Shown in pieces: positions 56,940-64,000 of a DNA stretch of 64,000 bases. The notes under the pieces were generated by a model. The model saw only the letters and a list, made by a program, of their open reading frames with translations. It was not told where the DNA came from and did not search any database. This DNA is from Candidatus Eiseniibacteriota bacterium. Lineage in GTDB: Bacteria > Joyebacterota > Joyebacteria > Joyebacterales > Joyebacteraceae. Numbering within the stretch: the first letter of the stretch is position 1; each line of letters starts with the position of its first letter. The stretch is from assembly GCA_030622115.1 (NCBI GenBank), contig JAUXGN010000007.1, positions 4,547 through 68,546 of the forward strand. The letters run 5' to 3'. A program made the position numbers and the translations under genes.

Positions 56940-58049
56940 CTACCCCTCGGACCCCAGCGTTTCGACCAACGCCGCGAAGACCTCGTCCACGCCTATGGCG
57001 TCCATGCAGGATGGACTGATGTCGCACGATCTGCGATAACACGGCGCACAGTCGAGCGTTGTCAGCACTTTGGAGCCAAGACCGAACAACCCTATCTCCT
57101 GGTGAACGGTCGGTCCAAAGAGTGCCACGACCGGCACTCGTAGTGCCACAGCGATGTGAAGAGCCATTGTGTCGCCCGTAACAAGAGCGTCCAGCTTGCC
57201 CACGATCGCCGCGAAGTCCATGAGCGCGTGGTGTCCACCGGCGATGGCCGCTCCCTGCGATAGCGCAACGACCTCAGCTATGGCATTCTCTTCATCAGGG
57301 CCACCCAGGATCAGAGCGGTACCTCCGAGATCGCGGGTGATGCGTCCGGCAAGAGCCGCATAGCCGGGTGGCGTCCACGCCTTGTTCGCGAAGACCCGAC
57401 CTGCGCCCACATTGAGGCCGACCAGGGGCGTTCCCACGTCGAGTTCCCTGACGAATCTGTTGGCGTACTCTATGGACTCATCCGGGAGCACAAGCACGTA
57501 TGGCTCGCCCGCGAAGTCCACTTCTGCGATCTCGCAGAAGATCTCAGGATATGTCTTCTTGTTCTCGTTGAATTTCCTGTCATCCGACAGTCCAAGGTCA
57601 AGATCGTACCCGGCTCCAGCGCTCACGGGCTCGGTCGTCCCCCACTCCGAGAGGCCGAAACCCAGCTTGCGCTCGGCCTTGATCAGATTCATGAGGGCGC
57701 CCGCCCGCGGCTCCTTGTCGAGGCAGATGGCCACGTCGAAGCCCTGAGCCAGGAGAGTCAGTGTGCCCTCGAATCCGAAAGCCACCGCTCGATCGATGTA
57801 CGGGTTCAAGCTAATGAGTGGCAGCGCATTCGCGTCCGTCACCCAAGTGACGTGTGATTCCGGGTACTTCCGCTTCAGCGGCTCCAGGATCGATGTCGTG
57901 CGCAGAACGTCTCCAGCCGCGGCGAGCTTGATAATGAGAAGCCTTGTTCCCACGGGCTGATAGTGGGTACACGCATCGCACTCTCCGCCCCAGCGGCAGG
58001 GTCGATCACCCAAGTAGAGCCTGCAGTCGAATCGCACCGTCTTTGCCAT
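56940..58049 (-). CDS. Glycosyltransferase family 9 (heptosyltransferase-like)
   Basis: IKLAAAGDV, K.W, VTGDTMALHIA.AL..P.VALFGPT. Confidence 0.88.
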   Translation of the reverse strand: MAKTVRFDCRLYLGDRPCRWGGECDACTHYQPVGTRLLIIKLAAAGDVLRTTSILEPLKRKYPESHVTWVTDANALPLISLNPYIDRAVAFGFEGTLTLLAQGFDVAICLDKEPRAGALMNLIKAERKLGFGLSEWGTTEPVSAGAGYDLDLGLSDDRKFNENKKTYPEIFCEIAEVDFAGEPYVLVLPDESIEYANRFVRELDVGTPLVGLNVGAGRVFANKAWTPPGYAALAGRITRDLGGTALILGGPDEENAIAEVVALSQGAAIAGGHHALMDFAAIVGKLDALVTGDTMALHIAVALRVPVVALFGPTVHQEIGLFGLGSKVLTTLDCAPCYRRSCDISPSCMDAIGVDEVFAALVETLGSEG

Positions 58050-58071
58050 CAGATTCCTCCGATCACCGCGA

Positions 58072-59454
58072 CTACTCAATGTAGCCGAGCGACCTCAGCT
58101 TCTCCCGGATGCCCTCATCAATCGGTGACTCGATAGGGAACTCACTTCCGAGCGCTTCCCCTGTCTCATACGTGGGAATCCACACAACCGGGTGACCGCT
58201 CAAGAACGTCTCCTCGAAGCAATCGGTCAGGGGGCGTCCGTCCATATCCTGAGCTGCCGGCAGTCCGAGGTATGCCAGAAGGGTCGGTGTCACATCGACT
58301 ACCGATCCCTCATCCTCTATAAGGTGTCCGGCCTTTACTCCCGGACCGGCGAAGATGATGACTCCATCGATGCCATGGTCCCAGGGGACATCCTTGCCCC
58401 CCTCCTCCGTGCGGATCCTCTCCCCACGTTCCCAGCGGACCTTGAGGTCTTTCTTCGTCTCGAAGCCGTGGTCCGAGACCAGAAGAATGGCCGTATCCTC
58501 ATCGACGACCTCCAGATAGCGTCCTATTGTTCTGTCGATGAAGGCGTAGTAGTTCTTCACGACGCGTCCGTACATACGTGCGTCGTCCGCTCTGACCGCG
58601 AATCCCTCGTCCTCCTGATAGCCCCAGTAGTAGTGCGAAACAACGTCGGTTCCCTGCAAGTACACGGCGAAGACGTCCGGTTGCTCCTTCACCAGGAAGT
58701 GCAGCCCGGCATCGGCGAAGGTCTTATCCTTCGCGAAGACCCAGCGTGCATGGAACTGTCTGGCGGGGTCGGTGAAACGGGAATCTGCGAAGAACTGGTT
58801 GAGTTCTCCCACGGTGACATCCTCCTCGGTCACTATGAAAGCCTCAAACTCCTCGTAGAGCGACTCAGGCCACGTCCGTCCCGGGAAGTCATCCGTGATG
58901 AGTCGTCCTTTGGCGTCACGCGCCGCCCCGAATGGGATGCCGTGCAGGCTCCAGTTCACGGGCCATGCTCTCTGCGCGATCATGAATCCCTTGACTTCAT
59001 CGACGGGCCAGCTTGGCCACCACCCCACAATGCCGACCGAGATATCCCTCTCGGTGAGGATGTTCCAGAACGCTTTGACTCGGCGCATGTTGTTCGTTAC
59101 CGGGACCTCTTTGGTCCCCCCAGGCAGTTCAGCTACGAATCGTGTGATGCCGTGCCGCTCGGGAACGACGCCCGTCGCGATGCTGGTCCACATCTGAGGA
59201 GACTGGATCGGAACGCCGCTCTTCAGAACGCCGTACGACCCCCGATGCAGGAGGTTCGCGATGTTGGGGAGTTCCCCCGCCTGGAGCATGGGTGTGAGTG
59301 TATTCCAGTTCGCGGCATCGATCGCGAAGATGACGAGCCTGGTCGAGGCCGATCTCACGTCCTCTTCCGGACTCGAACACCCCGCCAAGATGCAGACAGA
59401 GAGTGCCGCGCCAAGAAGGAGAATGGCGGCAGCAGAGAGGAGCCGTCTAGCCAT
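58072..59454 (-). CDS. Lipoprotein of the alkaline phosphatase superfamily (NPP-like)
   Basis: Lipobox LAGC; AIDA, SPQMWTSIATG, DVVSH, SDHG, DVTPT, LRSLGYIE. Confidence 0.82.
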   Translation of the reverse strand: MARRLLSAAAILLLGAALSVCILAGCSSPEEDVRSASTRLVIFAIDAANWNTLTPMLQAGELPNIANLLHRGSYGVLKSGVPIQSPQMWTSIATGVVPERHGITRFVAELPGGTKEVPVTNNMRRVKAFWNILTERDISVGIVGWWPSWPVDEVKGFMIAQRAWPVNWSLHGIPFGAARDAKGRLITDDFPGRTWPESLYEEFEAFIVTEEDVTVGELNQFFADSRFTDPARQFHARWVFAKDKTFADAGLHFLVKEQPDVFAVYLQGTDVVSHYYWGYQEDEGFAVRADDARMYGRVVKNYYAFIDRTIGRYLEVVDEDTAILLVSDHGFETKKDLKVRWERGERIRTEEGGKDVPWDHGIDGVIIFAGPGVKAGHLIEDEGSVVDVTPTLLAYLGLPAAQDMDGRPLTDCFEETFLSGHPVVWIPTYETGEALGSEFPIESPIDEGIREKLRSLGYIE

Positions 59455-60355
59455 ATCTGTTTGTCCTTCCCTTCCTTCCCACAATGTCGAAGGCGCTTCG
59501 CAGGACCGCCGAGACGTTGTCGCGTCTCCTCGTCACGAGTCCCTTCAACATGAAACCGACCGTCCTCACCGCCGTTAGCGGGATGATGCCGATCCAGTGA
59601 TACGGACGCGCGTAGCGTTTGAAGAAGACCATGGTGCTCATGATACGATGGTATATCTTGTACGGTGTCAGTCCTCCACCGGAACTCGTCGAAACCTTGT
59701 GCCAGAGATGGGCAGACGGTACGACGAGACACGTGAGACCAAGCCTCCTGGCCCTGACACACCAGTCCGTGTCCTCGTTGTACATGTGGTAGTGCTCATC
59801 AAGATACCCTACGGAATCGAGTGTCGCCACCGGCACCAGAAGCGCGCATCCAGTGAGGTAGTCGACCTCCATAACGCGTTCGTACTGTCCCGTGTCACGA
59901 TCTCTCAGGCCAAGATGTCGAATCCTCCCGCTCCAGAAAGAGATGCTTCCTCCCATGGACCAGATGAGATCAGGCGGATCGTGATAGTAGATCTTCGGGC
60001 CAAGCAGGGCAGCGTCCTGCCGGCTCTCGGCAACACGGACTAGCTCGGATACGGCATCCGGCGCGATCTCGATGTCGTTGTTGAGAAGAAGCACGTAGTC
60101 GGCTCCGCTCTCGACAGCCTTTCGCAATCCGGCATTGGCGCCGCCCGCATACCTCAGATTGTCACCGGTCTCCACAAGATGAACGGCGCCGAACGAACGT
60201 CTGATGAAATCGGGTGACCCGTCAGTCGACGCATTATCCATGACGAGCGTCGTGAGGTTCTCGTATGCGGACCTTTCCAGAGACCGGAGGCAGTCGCCTA
60301 TGACATCCATGCCGTTCCAGTTGATGATAACCGCGTAGACGGACGGTGTGCTCAC
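59447..60355 (-). CDS. Glycosyltransferase family 2
   Basis: IINWNG, MDNASTDGS, LLNND, TGCALL, YNEDTDWC. Confidence 0.9.
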   Translation of the reverse strand: MSTPSVYAVIINWNGMDVIGDCLRSLERSAYENLTTLVMDNASTDGSPDFIRRSFGAVHLVETGDNLRYAGGANAGLRKAVESGADYVLLLNNDIEIAPDAVSELVRVAESRQDAALLGPKIYYHDPPDLIWSMGGSISFWSGRIRHLGLRDRDTGQYERVMEVDYLTGCALLVPVATLDSVGYLDEHYHMYNEDTDWCVRARRLGLTCLVVPSAHLWHKVSTSSGGGLTPYKIYHRIMSTMVFFKRYARPYHWIGIIPLTAVRTVGFMLKGLVTRRRDNVSAVLRSAFDIVGRKGRTNRYG

Positions 60356-60380
60356 GCTGTCTGCTTTCTGCCATCCGGCG

Positions 60381-61577
60381 CTACGCGCTCTCCATCTCAA
60401 TGAAATCTCGGATGGCCCGTCTCATGAGTTCTCCGGCGCGGTCTCGTCGCGCCTCGTTCTCCACATTGGAGCGCATGGCTTCCCCCTCTCCGCTTGTGAA
60501 GAAGCGCACTATGGCTTGGGCGAGAGCCTCTGAATCACACGGATCAACAATATAGCCCGTTACCCCATCCGCCACCACTTCCGGCAATCCCCCTACATTC
60601 GTACTGACAACTGGCAGGCCAAAGGCATAGGCGATCTGGGTGATTCCACTCTGAGTCGCCGAAACGTACGGCAGCACAACAAGGTCGGCGGCCTCGAAAT
60701 ACCTCCCCACAGCCTCGTCGGGAACATGCTCTGCAACCACGGTCACTCGCTGCCTGATCCCCAGGGCGTCTATCAGCCTCTCGTAGCGGTCCCTGTCATC
60801 GTAGAATTCCCCTACGATCAGGAGTTCCACATCAGCCAGCTTGAAGACCGCCGGCATCGCCTGGAGCAAGTACTTGAGTCCCTTGTAGTCCCGGACATAG
60901 CCGAAGAAGAGAACGATCGGTCGCTTGAGATGAAGCTCTTCCTTGAGTGAGGTTGCTTCACCCCCGCCGACCGCCGCGTACTCGCTCTGATAGCAGTCGT
61001 ATATGGGTAGAGCAGCCTGTCTCAAGGGAACACCGGGAAAAAGCGCCTGGATCCGGCTCGCCACAACACTGGAGAGAACGAGGAAGTAGTCGGCGCTTGA
61101 GAGCGCGAAGCGAGTCAGGAATCTGTCCACGAATCGATTTTCATGGGAGACTACATTCTCGGCCACGAAGACGATTCCGGCGCCCGTCCACCTTCTCACA
61201 AGTCGTGCGATCACACCCAGGGCCGGTCCGAAGAACGGGTTCCACCATGTGAAGATGACCAGATCAGGACGTCTGGCAGGCAGCGCCATCCAGCGGGCCG
61301 CCCGTACCCAGCTCAGGGGGTTGATCGAGTCGACAAGCTGTCTTGATGCCGTCGTCTTCACCGGGTTCCGACTCAGGTTCATCTGCGTCTTCCCGGGGAA
61401 GAGAAGAGACGGGTAGAGGCGGCTGTAGGAAACGACGTAGACATCGTGATCCGAGCTGAGACTATCCACAAGATGGGCGACAAAGAGCGCATTGCCTCCT
61501 CGTAGTGGGTAGGCCGGGCCGACTATGGCCACGCGGGCCCCGGCTCCTTCATCAAGCGGTGTAGTCTTGTTGCTCAT
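60381..61577 (-). CDS. Glycosyltransferase family 4
   Basis: GPAYPLRGG, FFGYVRDYKGL, LPYVSATQSG, VGGLPE. Confidence 0.9.
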   Translation of the reverse strand: MSNKTTPLDEGAGARVAIVGPAYPLRGGNALFVAHLVDSLSSDHDVYVVSYSRLYPSLLFPGKTQMNLSRNPVKTTASRQLVDSINPLSWVRAARWMALPARRPDLVIFTWWNPFFGPALGVIARLVRRWTGAGIVFVAENVVSHENRFVDRFLTRFALSSADYFLVLSSVVASRIQALFPGVPLRQAALPIYDCYQSEYAAVGGGEATSLKEELHLKRPIVLFFGYVRDYKGLKYLLQAMPAVFKLADVELLIVGEFYDDRDRYERLIDALGIRQRVTVVAEHVPDEAVGRYFEAADLVVLPYVSATQSGITQIAYAFGLPVVSTNVGGLPEVVADGVTGYIVDPCDSEALAQAIVRFFTSGEGEAMRSNVENEARRDRAGELMRRAIRDFIEMESA

Positions 61578-61643
61578 TCGATGATCCTTGAGAGGATTCC
61601 GTAACGACGCAGGCGCAAGCCGGACAGTGATGCGGATCCTGCG

Positions 61644-62588
61644 CTAGCCGGTGGCGTCGCCACGACGCACCAGTCGCGCACGGATCGGATAGTCCATGTC
61701 GTCGCTGCGCAGATTGGCCAGCATCTCGCCCAGAAGTCCGAATGAAACGATCTGCACACCAAGGACCATGAGGAGAATCCCGAAAGTCAACAGCGGTCTC
61801 CTGCCTATCGCACCACCGGCGATCTTAACGACCGTCAGATAGACGCCGATTCCGAATCCGCCCGCGAAAAGAGCGGCGCCAAGTGTGCCGAACAGGTGAA
61901 GGGGTCTCATGATATAGCGCCTCAAGAACAGCACGGTCAGGAGATCGAAGAAGCCCTTAAGAAACCGCTCGGCGCCGAATTTCGAGTGACCGAAACGCCG
62001 GGGGTGATGTCGCACCGGAACCTCCGTGACAGAGAACCCGGCGAAGTGTGCGAGAACGGGCGTGTAGCGGTGGAGTTCACCATAGACCTTGATCGTCTTC
62101 ACAACTTCTCGTCTGTAGGCCTTGAGGCCGCAGTTCATGTCGTGAAGGTGCACACCTGACACGAGCCCGGTGGTCCAGTTGAATACCTTGGAGGGAAGGC
62201 GTTTCGAAAGGGGATCCTTCCTCTCTCTCTTCCAGCCCGAGACAAGATCGAATCCGTCGTCAAGGCGTTTGAGCATCTGTGGAATCTCGGCCGGATCATC
62301 CTGGAGGTCAGCGTCCATTGTGATCACGATCTGTCCCGAGGCCTCTTTGAATCCGACCGACATGGCGGCGGACTTGCCTAGATTGCGACCAAACGCTATC
62401 ACGCCGACATTCTCATATTCACCATGGAGTTGCTCGAGAATCTCCATGGAGGAGTCGGTACTCCCGTCGTTCACGAAGAGAATTTCCCAGCTCCGATCGA
62501 GAGGTGACATGCCTGCCTGCACGGCCTTGTAGAGTTCACGAAGGCTCTCTTCCTCGTTGTAGAGCGGTACCAGAATCGTGACATCCAT
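61644..62588 (-). CDS. ArnC/GtrB-like polyprenol-phosphate glycosyltransferase (GT2)
   Basis: PLYNEE, NDGSTD, MDADLQDDP, D.NCGLKAY, two C-terminal TMs. Confidence 0.88.
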   Translation of the reverse strand: MDVTILVPLYNEEESLRELYKAVQAGMSPLDRSWEILFVNDGSTDSSMEILEQLHGEYENVGVIAFGRNLGKSAAMSVGFKEASGQIVITMDADLQDDPAEIPQMLKRLDDGFDLVSGWKRERKDPLSKRLPSKVFNWTTGLVSGVHLHDMNCGLKAYRREVVKTIKVYGELHRYTPVLAHFAGFSVTEVPVRHHPRRFGHSKFGAERFLKGFFDLLTVLFLRRYIMRPLHLFGTLGAALFAGGFGIGVYLTVVKIAGGAIGRRPLLTFGILLMVLGVQIVSFGLLGEMLANLRSDDMDYPIRARLVRRGDATG

Positions 62589-62627
62589 CTTGATGATCTC
62601 CCATGTCGGGAACGTCGGTGACGGAAG

Positions 62628-63566
62628 CTAGAGGGATCTCAGCCACTCGAACTCGCGGGCCAATCCCTCCTCCAGCCCGACCGAGGGGGCGAATCCCAGC
62701 TCGGCTCGCGCCTTGCTGCTGTCTGCAAGCGTATCTCTCACGTCGCCCTTCTGCGAAGCTCCGTGAAGCCGCTCGATCTTCATCCCCATCACGCGCTCCA
62801 GCGTGTCGATGGCCTCGTTCAGGGACACACGGCTCCCGCCGCCCAAGTTGAAAACCTCTCCGGGAGGTCCCTTCTCCAGCGCACTCACTACTCCGTCGAC
62901 GATATCGTCTATGAACGTGAAATCGCGTGTCTGCCTTCCGTCTCCGTATACCTCGATAGGGCGTCCCGAGAGTGCGGCCGAGATGAACCTGTTGAAGGCC
63001 ATATCCGGTCGCTGTCTTGGACCGTACACCGTGAAGAATCTGAGCGACACGGTGGGCAGGCGATAGTTCCTGTGGTAGAGCACCGCAAGGTGTTCTCCGG
63101 CGAGTTTCGTGACGCCGTACGGCGAAACCGGGCGCGTTGTCCCCCCCTCGCGCATCGGGAGATCGTCAGTATCACCGTAGACCGACGATGAGGAGGCGTA
63201 GACGAAGCGGGCGAGTGATCTTTCTTTGCAAGCCTCCAGAAGGCGCTGCGTAGCCGTGATGTTGCAATCCGTGTAGGTCTCAAAGCTTCTGCCCCAGCTT
63301 GCTCGCACGCCCGCCTGGGCCGCAAGATGGCAGACCGCGTCGACATCCTTGAGGACGGAATCGAGATCAGAAGTTGATAGATCAAGCTCATCCAGTACGA
63401 AACGGTGGTTCTCCATGAGCCCGGACAGGTTCTTCTCTTTCAGGGATCTGGCGTAGTAGTTCGTGAACGAGTCGACCCCGCGAACCGAATCGCCGCGCTC
63501 TATCAGGCGCTCGGCCACGTGCGATCCGATGAAACCAGCCACGCCGGTCACGAGATAGTTTGCCAT
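62628..63566 (-). CDS. NAD-dependent NDP-sugar epimerase/dehydratase
   Basis: TGVAGFIGSH, HLAAQAGVR, ASSSSVYG, YGVTK, RFFTVYGPRQRPDMA. Confidence 0.93.
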   Translation of the reverse strand: MANYLVTGVAGFIGSHVAERLIERGDSVRGVDSFTNYYARSLKEKNLSGLMENHRFVLDELDLSTSDLDSVLKDVDAVCHLAAQAGVRASWGRSFETYTDCNITATQRLLEACKERSLARFVYASSSSVYGDTDDLPMREGGTTRPVSPYGVTKLAGEHLAVLYHRNYRLPTVSLRFFTVYGPRQRPDMAFNRFISAALSGRPIEVYGDGRQTRDFTFIDDIVDGVVSALEKGPPGEVFNLGGGSRVSLNEAIDTLERVMGMKIERLHGASQKGDVRDTLADSSKARAELGFAPSVGLEEGLAREFEWLRSL

Positions 63567-63573
63567 TCTTCCC

Positions 63574-64000
63574 CTACCCTCCCTCCAGGTTGTTCCCGAC
63601 CCCTCGGAAGCTCTCAGTCACCCTGATGCTCATCGCCGCGAAGGACGCAAGACCGACACCGGTGACAAGGAGGCCCGTGAGAACATGGGCCACCAGCATA
63701 AGGGCCGTGACCTCGGCGCGCACCATCCCGAGCCCACCGGCGAATATGAGCCCCATGATAGCCTCGTTGTAGCCTATCTGTGCCGGCGGGGTTGGGAAAA
63801 TGTACGAGAGCGATATCAGAGTATACCCGAAGAGAACTGTTGGGAAAGCCACATCGATGGAGAAGGCGCGAAACATCAGGAAGAAATAGAGCGCATCCAG
63901 TATCACCGCACTGCCGGTGAGGGCCAGAAGCGACCAGAGACTCCGCGCGTTCGCCCTGGCCACACTCAGTCCGTCCACGAAGAGACTGATCCAGGAAGAC
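63574..64000 (-). CDS. C-terminal part of an LPG-synthase-TM/flippase-like membrane protein; start is outside the window
   Basis: Hydrophobic segments with a PTPPAQIG..EA motif. Confidence 0.65.
   Translation of the reverse strand, partial: SSWISLFVDGLSVARANARSLWSLLALTGSAVILDALYFFLMFRAFSIDVAFPTVLFGYTLISLSYIFPTPPAQIGYNEAIMGLIFAGGLGMVRAEVTALMLVAHVLTGLLVTGVGLASFAAMSIRVTESFRGVGNNLEGG

Noticed and set aside
1-64000. CRISPR arrays, transposases, prophage or defence systems
   Set aside because: No spaced repeat arrays or characteristic protein motifs were seen by eye.

Overview
A GC-rich, almost entirely minus-strand chromosomal segment from a diderm bacterium. FlgD-Ig/T9SS-like C-terminal domains, a C25 propeptide and a PorZ-like protein suggest an FCB-related candidate lineage (inference). 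In order it carries: a partial gingipain-like secreted protein; tRNA-Leu(GAG); a pfk-fba-gap-pgk-tpi-secG operon; a secreted CTD protein; a long housekeeping run (efp-accB-accC-comB-ftsK-lolA-rimO-radC-mreBCD-mrdA-rodA-lgt-comF); TPR and lipoprotein genes; a divergent CxxCH-lipoprotein/FadL-like porin pair; PilZ, a tiny bS22-like gene, HU and sppA; a compact 9-gene bacterial microcompartment (BMC) operon at 33.1-39.6 kb; a structured intergenic region with a sigma54-type promoter; and a 24-kb surface-glycan cluster. The BMC has PduL, 2 BMC-H, 3 BMC-P, an acylating aldehyde dehydrogenase, PduS, PduT and a class II aldolase, but no alcohol dehydrogenase, kinase or known signature lyase. The best leads are this BMC, a candidate sigma54-driven ncRNA directly upstream of it, a possible T9SS-cargo glycan-anchoring module, and a GT2-fused phosphoglycosyltransferase with charge-swapped catalytic residues. 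No CRISPR array, transposase or integrase was seen. All family assignments are from motif recognition, not database searches.
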